Program-made: the position numbers and the translations under genes
Source of the DNA: the human T2T-CHM13v2.0 reference genome, Homo sapiens
Direction: 5' to 3' (one strand)
DNA: 64,000 nt
NCBI RefSeq assembly: GCF_009914755.1
Contig: NC_060947.1
The notes under the pieces: generated by a model
Told to the model about the DNA's origin: nothing
Seen by the model: the letters and a program-made list of their open reading frames with translations, nothing else
The model's database searches: none
Part shown: positions 41,502 through 56,370 of the stretch, piece after piece
Layout of the letters: every line of letters starts with the position of its first letter
Position numbering within the stretch: position 1 is the first letter of the stretch

Positions 41502-41829
41502 ACATATTTTATTTTTGAAAAAAAAAAAACTACTAAAGTTTGTTTAGCTGTATTTGCAATGCAAGCTGTGAAACAGATCACAACATGGCACTCATATATT
41601 TAAAATAAATATATCACAATGCTGGCAAATATTTGGCATGTAAACCTTTGTTTTGGGGGACCTAAACATATTTCATTTCATTGACTTTAGCCTAGCGTCA
41701 GAGATAGAGCTCCCAATTTCGTATCACAGGCCTTTAATATCACTGTTCAAGCCTTTGACACAAATGTTAAAATATTTAGAATCAAGTACGGTATCTTGAA
41801 CTTTGTGACCACAGAACTTGCTCTGGCTG

Positions 41830-42512
41830 TGTCTTAGCCAGTTTGCGCTGCTGTAATAAAAATACTGTGGGCTGGGTGACTTAAACAACAGACATTTAGG
41901 CTGGGCATGGCACACCTGTAGGCCCAGCACATTGGGAGACCGAGGCGGGTGGATCACTTGAGGTCAAGACTCCTGAGGTGTAACTCCTGAGTTCGAGAAC
42001 AGCCTGGCCAACATGGTGAAACCCTGTCTCTACTTAAAAAAAAAAATACAAAAATTAGCTGGGCGTGGTGGCACGTGCCAGCAATCCCAGCTATTCGGGT
42101 GGCTGAGGCACGAACCTGGAGACGCGGAGGTTGCAGTGAGCCGAGATTGCACCACTGCATTCCAACCTGGGCGACAGAGAAAGACTCTGTCTCAAAAACA
42201 AAAACAAAAAACAAACAAACACAAAACCCAGACATTTACTTCTCACAGATCTAGAGGTTAGGAAGTCTGAAATCAAGGTGCCAGCTGATTAGATTCCTGG
42301 CAAAGACCCTCTTCCTGAATATATCCTCATATGGCAGAAAGAGAGAAATATCCTTGGTCTCCTTCTTTTTTAATAAATGCATTACCAAATAAGGGCTCCA
42401 TCCTCATGACCTCATCTGACTCGAATCACCTCCCAAAAGCTCCAGCATCCCATTAGGGCATAGGGATTCAACATATGAATTTTAGGAAGACACAAATACA
42501 CAGTACATAACA
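41830..42512 (-). mobile_element. MLT1A-like solo LTR split by an Alu
   Basis: TGTCTTAG start and CATAACA end; perfect 5-bp TSD GGCTG at 41825-41829 and 42513-42517. Confidence 0.9.
41899..42228 (+). mobile_element. AluS with a ~20-bp non-consensus insertion
   Basis: TSD CAGACATTTA at 41889-41898 and 42229-42238. Confidence 0.93.
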
Positions 42513-42519
42513 GGCTGAC

Positions 42520-42790
42520 ACTAATAATGGCAGCTAACCTTTACATAGTGCTCACTATGTACCATGAAATGTTTTAAGCATTTCAAAACTATTAATTTAT
42601 TTAATGTTAATTAAATAATTTAATCAGTTTATATTAATTTATGTATCCCACAATTCTCTCTGAAGTAATTGGTATAACTGATATCACTTTACATACAGTG
42701 AGACAGAAACATAGAAATGTTATACAGCTTGCCCAAGATGATACAACTGGAAACGGGCAAGACCATGATTCAAACCCCGGTCCTGGGTCC
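42520..42790 (-). mobile_element. MIR
   Basis: TTTACATAGTGCTCACTATGTACCA...ACAGCTTGCCCAAGATGATACAACTGG...GATTCAAACCC. Confidence 0.75.
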
Positions 42791-42794
42791 TGTG

Positions 42795-45053
42795 TTGTTG
42801 TTGTTGTTTTTATTGTATATATTTCAGCTGTATAACATGACGTTTTGATCTACATACACATAGTGAAATTGCTACTACAATTAAGAAAATTAACGTATGT
42901 GTCTCCTTACATAGTTACCCTTATTTGTGATAAGAGCACCAGAAATCTGCTGACTTAGCAAATTTCCAGTAAACAATGCAATGTTACCAACTATAGTCTT
43001 CATGCTGTACATAAGATCTCTGGAATTCTTACATAACTGCAATTTTGTACCCTTTGACCTACATTTCCCCACTTCCTTCTCCCACCTACCCTGGTAGCTA
43101 CCATCCTACTCTGTTTCTATGTATTCCGCTTTTTTTAGATTCTGCATATCCACGAGATCATGCAATATTCTTCTTTCTGTCCTTGGCTTATTTCACTTAG
43201 CATAATGTCCTGCAGGTTCATCCATGTTGCTGCAAATGGCAGGATCTCCTTTTCTAAGGCTTAATAATTTTCCTGTGTGTGTGCGCGTGTGTGTGTGTGT
43301 GTGTGTGTCAAGGTGCCAGCTGATTAGCTTCCTCTTTATGTCCTCACATAGCAGAAAATATGTGTATATGTATATATATAAACACATATATACACTCTAT
43401 CAAAATTTCTTTAAGCATTCATCCATCAACAGACACTTAGATTGTTTCCATATCTTGGATACTATGAAAAATGCTGCAATAATATCTCCATAAGTTGCTG
43501 ATTTCACTTCCTTTAGGTATATAACCAGAAAAGGGATTGCTGGGTCATATGATAGTTTTAGTTTTAATCTTTTGAGGAATCTCCATACTATTTGCCATAA
43601 TGACTATACCAAATTACTTTCCTACCAACAGTGTGCAAGGTTCCCTTTTTTTAAAAAAAATTTTTTTGAGAAGGAGTCTCGCTCTGTTGCCCAGGCTGGA
43701 GTGTAGTGTGCAACCTCGGCTCACTGCAACCTCCACCTCCCCGGTTCAAGCGATTCTCCTGCCTCAGCCTCCTGAGTAGCTGGGACTACAGGTGTGTGCC
43801 ACCATGCCCGGCTAATTTTTTATATTTTTAGTAGAGACTGGGTTTCACCGTGTTAGCCAGGATGGTCTCGATCTCCTGATCTCATGATCCACCCGCCTCG
43901 GCCTCCCAAAGTGCTGGGATTACAGGTATGAGCCACCGTGCCCGGCCATGGGTTCCCTTTTATCCATACCCTCAACAACACTTGTTATCTCTTGTCTTTT
44001 TGATAATATCCATCCTAACAGGTGTGAGGTGATATCTCACTGTGGTTTTGATTTGCATTTCTGTGGTGATTAATGATATTGAGCACTTTTGATATATTTG
44101 TTGACCATATTTAGTTACGTCTGGAAAAAATGTATATTCATGTCCTTTGGCCATATTTTAATTCGGTATTATTTTTATTATCGCCATTGATTAGAGTGAG
44201 TTCCTTATATATTTTGGATATTAGCTTTTATCAAATATATGGTTTGCAAATATTTTCTCTTAATCCATAAGATGTGTTTCCATTTTGTTGTTTCCTTTAC
44301 TATACAGATGCTTTTTAGTTTGATATATCCCACTTTTTATGTTTGCTTTTGTTGCTTGAGCTTGTAGTATGATATGCCACAAAAAATCATTGCCAAGGCC
44401 AATGTCAAGGAGTTTTCCCCCATGTATTTTTTTCTAGAAATTTCAATTTCATTTCTTATATTTAGGCCTTTAATCCATTTCCATTTGATTTTTGTGTATA
44501 GTATAAGATAAGGGTTCAATTTCATTATTTTGCATGTGGATATCCAGCTTTCCCAACACCATGAATTGAAGAAAATATCCTTTCCCCATTGTGCGGTCTT
44601 GGTGCCCTTATCAAAAATTAGTTGATCATGTGTGGTTGGATTTACTTCTAAGCTTTCTATTCTGTTCCATTTGTCTATGTCAGTCAATGTGATATACAAC
44701 ATTAACAGAATAAAAGATAAATACCACATGATCATCTCAATAGATGCAGATAAAGCATTTGACAAAGTTAAGCATCTTTTTTTGATAAAAAAAATCCCAA
44801 CAAAATAGGTATAGAAGGAGATTTTCTCAACACAATAAAACTCATTTATGAAGAGCCCACAGTTAACATAATAATCAAGGGGGAAAACTGAAAGCTTTCT
44901 CTCTAAGATCCCATACGAGGAAAAGATGGCCACCCTTGGCATTTCTATTCAACATAGTACTGAAAGCACGAGCAAGGGCAATCAGGCAAGAAAAAGAAAT
45001 TAAACCCATCTAAACCAGAAAGAAAGAAGTAAAAATATCGCTGTTTGCAGATG
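42795..45053 (-). mobile_element. L1MA9/10-like element with an inverted 5' segment (~44683-45053 on +)
   Basis: Antisense 3' UTR and ORF2 to ~44680, then an abrupt switch to sense RT-region sequence ending CTGTTTGCAGATG; CCTGG(G)TCC on both flanks. Confidence 0.88.
43650..43947 (-). mobile_element. AluSc-like
   Basis: TTCACCGTGTTAGCCAGGATGGTCTCGATCTCCTG; TSD core GGTTCCCTTTT at 43639-43649 and 43951-43961. Confidence 0.93.
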
Positions 45054-47530
45054 CCTGGTCCAACTAACACACAGAATCAGTGGTGAAAGAGAGTACCTGT
45101 AAGAAGGAGAGCCAGCATTCCTACTAGATCCTGGGCACTGTCCAAGCACGTTAACAAAAAACCCAAGAGTGCTCTTCATGCCTGAGCATTGAGGCAAATG
45201 AGAGAGCAACAGGGTCTGTACCATGTGAACCATGACTCTGTCCAAGAGTAAAATGTCGCCCACCATATTTCAAAGTCTGAAGTATCACATTAGGAATAAA
45301 GACAGAATTTCCAAAACAGAGAAGAGCAGAAATTCCTTTCAGCGTGTAAATGAGAGGAGAAAGAAATTGTGGCACCACTCTCAATAATAATAACATGTTT
45401 GATAAATATACCTTTGGTTACTTTTTAAACTAATCTGCCTAATTTTCTACTGGGGAGCATAAAAATTCTGTTAGGTGACACCAGAAACTTTTGTGTGTTT
45501 TAGTTTTATATCTGTATTTCATATATTACCATGAGTATCCTTATACAGTCTTAGAAATAATGTCCTGTATTCCATTTAAATTATATTAATATCTCTAATG
45601 AAATTCACGAGTGTCCAGTTTTATGTGTTCAATATGTGCTTTATGAAACACACAATAACTGGCGAAAAGCAAACACAATATACTTTTCAAAGTATATCTT
45701 ATTTTTCTTAAATGGTACAATTTCTGTAACGCACTAAATTATGCAACCAATAGAAATATCAAGAGTTCAAACTTTCATAAACACTATAGTTTTAATTTGA
45801 AGTGATGAAAGTGATTAGAGTTGGGGGCTGCCTTCCACATTTATGACAGGTGGTAATCACTCATTCTTTGGAGATATTGATACATGTTCAGCATAATTAA
45901 GAGAAAAACAAATAGAGTAATTATAATGAAATTACAATTATTTTCTATCTATGTAGATGCTTCTCTTTCTAACTTTAAAATGATTCACATTCTCCTGGGA
46001 CAGGGCAACAATTAGGCTTGCAGAGTAGATTGGAAACAAAATATAAAGACAGGATGGTGCTAAATAGTGAAGTACTAGATAAAACAGCAACTCCAACCAG
46101 ATGAAAAGATAAGCAGCAATAAAGGATATGAGAACTAAATTCTTTTACTGTTTAAAGGCTTCCTTTCTGTCTGTTGGGGCTACTCTCTTGGAAACATAAA
46201 GCCAGTTTGTTTTGCTACCTTCTGAACTCATTTTAAGTTGTTCAAAACATACTCTTTGCATAATGCTTCTTTATTTTCAATCACATGTTGTCTATCTAAT
46301 GAATTGTGAACTACTAAAATCCATACTTGCTGATATTTGTACTTTTAAATGTGTCATCAACTTTAACTAGGACTTGCAAAGTGGGAGGATGGTGACAGGA
46401 GACTCGATCAGTTTCTGTAAATAAGTCAAATGCTGTGTCTTCTACTTTCTACCATACATGCATATTAAGAATGGGGTCTGCAGATTCCTTCACACAGTTG
46501 TAGGAAGAATTCAGCTTCCCAAACTCTGGATGGAATCTAGAAGCACATTACAGTGAATCAGAAAGCAAAATAGCATCCACTGTGTAGCAGCCAAATTAAT
46601 CCCAGGTGTTTGACAGTAAATCGGCACCCACTAATAGAATCGGAAATTTAGGCCAGCAAAAATCCAAGAATTCTGATTAAATATTTAAAATATTAAGACA
46701 TTAAAAATAAACACTAAAACATCAAAAGTACTAAAAACAAATACTAAAATATTAAAGTATTGAAAACAAATATTAGAATATACTATGATCTTGGCTTAAT
46801 TAGATAAGGCACTTATGTAACTTTAAAACAGCTTCAGGTGATACGGGTGGCTCAAGTCCTATAGGCATCTGGAATTCATATTCAAAATGAAACCAAAAGT
46901 CACCCCTTCATACTCCACCCCATTCTGTCCCTTCAATATTTCCTGAATCAGGGCCACATGAAGCAGACAGATGGCCGACATGATGGTGTACCTTCTCTTT
47001 CCTTCATAGCCCTTATCTATCAAGCAGGTCAATGACATTTCCCGGCAGTCAACAATGAATTCAGTACATCTCTTGAATTTACTCCTCTGTTTTGCCACTG
47101 CCCTTAAGGTCAGGACTATATCATCTTTTATCTGCACTATTCTGATAGCCACTTAGTTGGTTCTTTCATTTATTTTCAACAAATCTTTACTTGGTGCCTA
47201 CTCTGTACACATTACCAAAAGCGATAGTCATATGGATGAATCAAAAGCAATACCTGCTTTCAAGTAACTTTCTCTTGAGCAAAGCAAACTAGACACATAC
47301 AAAGTATTACCGGCATTTTATAAAAGTTTGTAAAAATACTTACTTCAGATAGAATGTGAGAAATTGTTCAAATTTAATTAATTTCCAATCATCTTGCCTT
47401 GCCTGTCTCCAATTTATTTCCCACCCTGAAAGCAATAATTATAAAATGCAAATCCTATCAGGTAATCCCTTGCCTAAATTATCTGTGCATTAGTTAAAAT
47501 TCAACTTATCAATATGCCTTTATAAGAAAG

Positions 47531-48037
47531 CAGCAGTTCTCAAAGTGTGATTGGGGAACTTGAGGGTGGTCTCTGAGACCTTTTTAGTGGCTCTGCAGGG
47601 TCAAAATTATTTTATGGTAAGCCTAAAATATTTTTTTTCCAGTCTCATTCTCTCACAAATGTACAGTCGAATTTTCCAGACACTGCATAAAGTGTGATAT
47701 TGCAACAGATTGCATGAAGAAGCAGATATGAAAATCCAGATGTCTTCTATTAAACCAGACAATAAAAATAGGCAAAATTGTAAAACAATGCCAATCTCCT
47801 TATTAAATTTGGTTCATTGGGAAAAAATCTTTCATAAAATATATTATTTATGTTAACATGTATTGGGTTGATTATTGTTTTAAATAAATTGATAAATATT
47901 TAAAAGTTTCTCAGCTTTAACTTCTAGTACGGCAAATATAAATGGATATAATTCATATACACGCAAACCCTTTGGGATTCTCAATAACTTTTAAGAGTGT
48001 AAAGGCACTCTGAGACCAAAAGGTTTGAGAAATGCTG
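47531..48037 (+). mobile_element. Charlie4a (hAT) DNA transposon
   Basis: TIRs CAGCAGTTCTCAAA / TTTGAGAAATGCTG; internal GAAGCAGATATGAAAATCCAGATGTCTTCTATTAAACCAGAC. Confidence 0.88.
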
Positions 48038-49149
48038 CATTAAAACACGCCAAGTTGTGAGCTGGCCTTGTCTTGTATTGCTGCTTACACTTACTCTGTG
48101 TTCCAACCATACTAAGACTTCCCATTTTCCAAAATATGTCATGCTCTCTCCTCCCTCCTGTCACAGACCATGTGTCAACCTCCACCTGCTTCCCACCTTG
48201 TTGTATACCAGACAGAAAAGGGACTGAAACAAAGTGAGTCTGAGCCAGAGGAGCACGGGAATGCATACACAAGGGCCCAGAAGAAAATTCACATTAGGTG
48301 GCTATGTGCTGCTCTGTTGTTCTTGCTTTCAGTGTTATGCTCAAATATCTTTCCTGGAAGCCAATCTAAACACTATGTCTACCCCAAAACAGTATCCCCT
48401 GTCACTGCACTTTCACAGGACCCTCTGTTAATAATTCAATTAGCATACATTTGGCTATTTTAATTGTTTTTAATAGAAATTGTTCTAGAATATAGAGAAT
48501 CTTTTTTTTTTTTTGCCCTCTTTTGTTTCCAAATGACAATCTGAAGTTAATGGGCTTCCCAGAAATTTGAATAAGTGTTTCTAAAATCTAGGAAGCACAT
48601 TTAAATGTAAGTTTTGCCAACACCTTATGAAATCTTCACACAAAAAAATTCTACTAATCTTAGTATGCATTGCACTTCAAAATCATTACTGGTTTGCAAA
48701 TGTATCTTTCCCACTAGGATGTTACTTCCGTGAGGGCAGAAAACACGACAAGCCCACTGCATAAGGAAGGCGATACAGCATTTTAGAAATGATTGTCTTT
48801 TAAATCCTTAAACCCACCAAGGCAATCAGATTAATAACCCATCTTTTTCTTTGATTGATATTTTCAGAATCAGGCTGCCATACTACTGGTCTCCAAGAGT
48901 AGTTACGGTAATGTCCTGGGATATTCAAGTGGCACTGGAAGGTTTTGTCTAAAAAACATCTTCCCCAGAATAGGAAGTTCCCCTTAGATTAAGGAAATAG
49001 CTTGTAAGAAAATTGAGTCACATCTTAAAGTGAACTACTTTACTCTTTTAATCAAATTGTTTTGCCTTAATAGCTTGAGTACACATGATAGTGCTCTGAA
49101 TCATCCTATCCTCCTAAGCTTCATATGTACTTGCAGGCCTAGTTGAACA

Positions 49150-51825
49150 CATTTGCTGATCAGAGCCAACTTTGACTTTTCTAGGACCTCCAATCTGCTG
49201 ACCCTATTATATTTGCCATTTCCATCTTCTTCCTCATGTCCTTAATTCCCTTTTAAATATAGTTAAATTTCATGGTTTGTTATTATAAAATTTCACTATG
49301 TAAAATCTAAGCTCCTTTGTCCCCCATCCCCAACTCTCTGTCATCCTCAACTAGCAAAAGAATTTGGAATTTACTTCAATCCAGGTATCTGCCTACACCA
49401 TTCCTGTCCTCAAGTATCTGAAATGTTTAGAGAAAAACAAATAGCAATGCTGTCTCACTTTATGTTTGTGTCATGAAACTACAAGTGGCCTGATCTGCTT
49501 CCAGGCAACAAATCTCCATTTCTCTATTGGACTAATTCTCTCATTCTCTGAGTTGGCACTTCCAAACCTTCTTCTGTCTCAAAGCTCCAGCATAGATTTA
49601 TTCCTCCTCATTCATAGTTGATTTCCTTGCTTCTTTATTCACTTCAGGAACAGAAACAGTTAGAAGATAATGTGCATATTCTTTCACCACCAGATCTAAT
49701 AACCTGCCTGCCTCCATGCCAAATATTTCATCTCCTCTCCTGCTACAACCCCTCCACCTGTGCGTTGAATCCTGTTTTCTCTCCCCTATTTAAGACTTTC
49801 AGAAATTTCTCCTGTCCTCCCTGCATTACAGCTTCCCCCTCACTACTGAATCATTATCATTAGTATATGACATCGTGTGATAAATCTGATTTAAAAAAAA
49901 ATCTATTGACCCCATTTCCCTTTGTTGTCACTCTAATTCTCTTCTCTTTGCAGCAAAACCCTTTATAAGAGTTGTCTCTCCTCGCTCACCATCATCACTT
50001 CTTCCCTCTCCTTTCTCTCCCCAAACATTCCTGGCCAAGCTTTTTTCTCATAAGTCTTATAAAAGAGTTACAATAAGTCACTGGTTACCTCCCTGTTACC
50101 AAATTCAGTGGTCACTTCCAAGGCTTTATTTTAACCTCTTGGCAATATTTGGCACAGTCAATCACACTCAACTTTGTAAAATAATTTCTACACTTTCTTC
50201 ATATTCTCATATTGTTCTCCTACATAACTGGCTGCTCCTTCTGCTCCATATGGTTGTTTTCTCCTTTCTTCCTAAAATAAATGTTGGAGTTTTCCAATGC
50301 CTAGTTCTCAGACCTTTGCTTTCTCACTATATTCACTCCCTAGGTGATCTCCTTTACTCCCAGTGGCTAATGACTTCTAAATTTATATCTATATTTATAA
50401 TCTTTCCTGTAAACTCCAGACATGTGTATCCAATTGCCAACTCAGTGCTTCTGTTTTCTCAATGTTTCGTGGACATTTTTACACTTGATGTAAATAAAAC
50501 AGAACTCTTGATTCCCCATCCTCATCCCTAATCCTCACTGTAGTAAATGTCACCACCATTAACCCATTATTCCTGTCAAATACTTAGGAGTTACCATTGA
50601 TTCCTATCTGCCCACCAGAGGCTGGATAGCTTACATTTACACATCCGGATTCCTTCTCCTCCCTTCTTAATGTGATTGAGTGGGAAGCACCAGCAGGAGA
50701 GCAGAGAAAGGAGAATAAATCTGGGGAATTTATTTCCCTGGCTGCCTCTCTGTGGGTTCACAGACGGATGGCTAATGTCACGCCAGACTCTCCACACTCC
50801 CCTTTTCGTCTCAGGTTTTTGATAACTTCTCTCTGCCTTCTATACCTTTTGGCTTAGGGGTATAATGTCTTCCTGTTCGTAATAGCAATGATGTCCGTAT
50901 GCTTACCTTGTGATTTAGCCTGCTCTCACCTTTGTAAGGAGCCCACTTGCTGAACTGCTTGCAATTACCCAACTGGTATGTGTTTCTTGCCAATAGCCTA
51001 ATTCACCTCACACCCATATTGAACTCATCAGCAAATGCTGCCTTTTCCACTTCAAAATATATTCCAGACTTAACTAATTTTCTCCACCTCCACCATTCCA
51101 ACACCAGTTTAAGCCAGTTTAATTTCTCACCTGGATTAGAGCGACAGTTTAGTACATCTGCTCTCTCTTCTCCTCCCATGCTATTCTCCACACAATAGCT
51201 GGTGTCATCCTTTTAAAAAGTAACTCATACAATGCATTCCCCTGCTGGCAAGCTCCCAAAGGTTTTCCAGCACACTTAGAATAAAATAAAGCACTATAAT
51301 TCCTTATAATGGTCAACAAGGTTCTGTTTAGTTAGCCATGGCTTCTTCCAATCTCATTGCCTGTCACTCTCCCTAAAGCTTGCTTGTACTGCTTCAATCA
51401 CAGCCTCCTTGAAGTTCCACAAACACTCACATTGTGATCCTACTTCAGATAATTTGCACTCAATATCACTTTATAAGGAATGTTCTTACCCTAGGTACTT
51501 AAGGATCTATTTCTCTTTTCATTTGCCCTCTACTTAAATTACTTAAATGTCACCCCAATAAGAAGTCCTTCCTGAATGTACTATCTAAAATAACAACCCA
51601 TATTCTATATGCACTTACACAGCTTTAATTCTCTCCATAATATTCATTACTGCTTCATCTGGTCTATCTATATATTAATTTGTCTGTTTTCTCTTTCATC
51701 CACTATACTACATACTCCATGAGTGAAGGGAATGCCACTTTTATTCACCACCGTATTATCAGTACCTAGACTAGTACATGGCACATAGAAGTCCTAAATA
51801 AATGCACGGTGGATTAATGAATGAG
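49150..51825 (+). mobile_element. Long L2 remnant, interrupted by an ERVL LTR at ~50595-51000
   Basis: Pyrimidine-rich L2 ORF2 homology ending CAGTACCTAGACTAGTACATGGCACATAG...GGATTAATGAATGA. Confidence 0.75.
50595..51000 (+). mobile_element. LTR33-like ERVL LTR
   Basis: GGGAAGCACCAGCAGGAGA...ATTTATTTCCCTGGCT and CACCTTTGTAA...CAATTACCC motifs. Confidence 0.55.
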
Positions 51826-52041
51826 AATGGAAATATATAAAGTGAATCGATGATATGTAAAGCCAAACTTAAACAAAAACTTAAATGAAAAGCCAATTTA
51901 TAGTCCAAATTTGCCTAATAAGCAAATATGAAAAGCAGATTGATAAAATAGCATCAGGTTAAAGTAACCTGATTCATCCTCTAACACTGGAACTGTTCTT
52001 TGCAATGGGTCAAGATATATCCAAAGCCGATTAAGATTTCC

Positions 52042-52096
52042 TGATATAATTTGGATATTTGTCCCCTCAAATCTTCTGTTAAAATTTGATCCCCAA
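52042..52096 (+). mobile_element. MSTB LTR, 5' part
   Basis: TGATATAATTTGGATATTTGTCCCCTCAAATC...GATCCCCAA; continues at 55421. Confidence 0.85.
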
Positions 52097-52186
52097 CAGA
52101 GTCAGAGCCACTGCCGCTCTCCCTCTCCTCCCCTCCCCAGAGCCACCAGACCCTCAGGGTCTCTGCAGCCTGCCTCCTTAGCCTAG

Positions 52187-52456
<270 letters not shown>

Positions 52457-52946
52457 TGAGAAGGATGAAGATGGCTTCCTATATACGGTATATGCCTCCC
52501 AATAGATTTTGGAAATTGTCACTGTAAAACTAGATAAAAATGCATTTATTCTAGAAGTTTACACCATTACCAAAGAAAAAAAGGAGTGTTACCAACTGAG
52601 ATGGATCAGTTTATCTAATCACAGATCATCAAAACATAGTGTTCCCACCTAGGAAGTTAGGAAGTTGTTCTTGTATTTAAACAGAAAAACTGAGCTCCAG
52701 ATGAGCACACTCAGGTCTAGAAACTATATTATTTAACCTAGGCTAGCTTGCTTTCAAATTTTAGAATTTTTAAAATAAAATATTTTGTATTCTAAGTTAC
52801 CAATAAAATAGATCTTCGTTATTTTAATATTGTTTTCCCCCAAATAGGAACTTCCAATTCTAGCAGTAATTTAAAGGTATTCAGAGAGACACTGAGTCTT
52901 CTCTTTAGGTTCACAGAACTTGCCACCTTTTTTAGAGGGGTTTTTA

Positions 52947-53477
<531 letters not shown>

Positions 53478-53852
53478 CTATGCTCTTGCAAGTGTTAGAC
53501 AGCTATTTGATTTGTTCTCTGGATAGTTACATACATAAAAACACCACCACTCAACAGGAAACTTTAATAATTCATAATTTTAGTCTAGTTTCTTAGAAGA
53601 TCCCAGAGAAAAAGAGTGGCATTTCTTCTATTTCGGGTTTTGTCTGATCTAAGTGCTCAAACTAGTGTCTGCATTGGTAAACAAACCAGCAGTGTACCAG
53701 TGTCATTCTTTAGGACAGCCATAGAAACCATAAAACAGTAAAACTAAAAGCATAAAAATTAAGATGCACTCCCTTCTACCTTTTGGCTTATAGCTATGGA
53801 TGATACCCATTTTTTAAAGTGTGTAACTAAATAGTATTAAAAGGTTCTCACA

Positions 53853-54049
53853 CTTTTATTTTTTATTTCATTTTATTTTATTTTTTGAGATAGGGTCTTA
53901 CTCCGTGACCCAGGCTGGAGTGCAGTGGCATAAATACGGCTCACTGCAGCCTCGATCTCCCAGGCCCAAGGGATGGGATTCGCTTGTCTCAGCCTCCCGG
54001 GTAGCTGGGACTACAAGGCACATGCTATCACACCTGACTAATTCTTTTG
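53853..54049 (-). mobile_element. 5'-truncated AluJ-like right monomer
   Basis: GCTCACTGCAGCCTCGATCTCC J-type; perfect TSD AAAGGTTCTCACA at 53840-53852 and 54050-54062. Confidence 0.9.
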
Positions 54050-54154
54050 AAAGGTTCTCACATTTTAAACAGTATTTCAGTAGTTCACTGTTAGGTCAAA
54101 TGACCATCAGAATTCTCCCACCCTAAGTCCATGCCAGTTTTGGAGAAAACATAG

Positions 54155-54832
<678 letters not shown>

Positions 54833-55420
54833 TAATGTCAGGAGTTAAACATCTTCAAGTCCAACCTATGATAAAAGACCAATGCTTCCTACTACTTGCA
54901 TGGGGTTCACTATTTACTTTTTCTCGGGAGTATCACAGGAAGATCACAATTACACCACTTTAGACTGTACACGCAGCAATTCACAACTTACTCCTGTGTG
55001 TTTAGGTGTATCTGGAAGACCTGTATCTGTTAATGAACATTGTTTACTGTCATAGAGGGGAAAATAAGATTCCTGCATCTGGGCCCTTGACTGATAATTA
55101 AAGGGGTTCCTGTTACCTGCTCTCCCTGTTACATGCATCTGTCCACTTGGCTAACTTTTAATATGTATATTTTTATATTATGTAAATTCTTAACAGGCCT
55201 ATCTCATTTAAATTGTATACACCATTATATCTGACATTATTGTAACTACTGTACAATCAATAAAATTCCTATAAGAAACACTGCTTAAAACAAATATCAT
55301 GCTGAGGGGTGACCTATATCCCACATTAGTTGGTGGTCACTTTATTTATAGGATGCTTAAAATAAATATATTTTAATGAACTAAGTTGAAGAAAAGCACA
55401 ATTAAAAGCTATCAAAAAAA

Positions 55421-55789
55421 CTGATGCCCAGTGTTGAAAGTGGGGCCAGGTGGGAGGTGTTTGGATCATGGGGATAGATCCTTCATGAATGGCTTGGTGC
55501 CTTCTCTCCAGGTAATGAGTAATTTCTCACTCTATTAGTTCTCACAAGATGTGATTGTTATAAAGAGTTTTGCACCTCCTCTTTTCCTGCTCCCTCTCTT
55601 ACCACGTGACACTCCCGCTCCCCTTCTCCTTCTGCCATGATTAAAGCTTCCTGAGTTCCTCACTAAAAGCAGAACTTGGTGCCTGCCTCTTGTACAGCCT
55701 GCTGACCTTTTAACCAAGTAAACCATTTTTCTTTTTAACTTACCCAGCCTCAGCTATTCCTTTAGAGCAAAGCGAAATGGACTAAGACA
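55421..55789 (+). mobile_element. MSTB LTR, 3' part
   Basis: GGTGGGAGGTGTTTGGATCATGGGG...AATGGACTAAGACA; LTR TSD TTTCC/CTTCC. Confidence 0.9.
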
Positions 55790-55904
55790 CTTCCTTTCCT
55801 GGACAATTCCTTTATGGGTATGTTAGGGTTTGATGCTCTAGGTTTCCTGTTTTTGTGTTCCATGGCTGAGCAAGACCCCTTGTTTATGAACATGAATTCT
55901 TTTA

Positions 55905-56370
55905 AAGAATTACTATGCAATATATCATACACATAAAATGTATATGCCTAGCAATAAATAATAAAAAGAATAACTGGACACCTATACTCAGGATAAGATA
56001 TAAATATTGCCAAGAATTTTTGAAGTTACATCTTTCTCAGATTTCAACCTTCTTCTCTTTTTGAAATTTAATCATTATCCTGAGTTGTGAATCAATTACT
56101 TCCTTGCCTTTTTAAATGATGTTATTTTATATGAAAACAATATAGACTTGCAAAAAATTGAAATTATTGACTATCCTTGTTAATTGTGTTTTCACTCATC
56201 ATTGTGTTAAAGATTCATCCGTGCTCATGTATTTAATTCTAGTCTAGTCATTCTCACTTCCATACATTATTCCATTATTTATCCATGTTATTCTTGATGG
56301 GCTTTTCAGTGGTTTTCAGTTTGCTGCGCTAGACTTTACAAGTTGCTATGAATACTGTTTACATATCTTT
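55905..56370 (-). mobile_element. L1ME-type fragment
   Basis: TTTTCACTCATCATTGTGTTAAAGATTCATCCGTG...GCTATGAATACTG. Confidence 0.55.

Noticed and set aside
44337-44942. 201-aa minus-strand ORF
   Set aside because: It is a chance fusion of antisense and sense L1 ORF2 across an inversion junction, with no promoter or splice support.
46690-46785. Periodic AT-rich repeats (AAAACAAATA.TA.AATAT) resembling an array
   Set aside because: This is low-complexity slippage with no unique spacers; it is not CRISPR-like and the context is eukaryotic.
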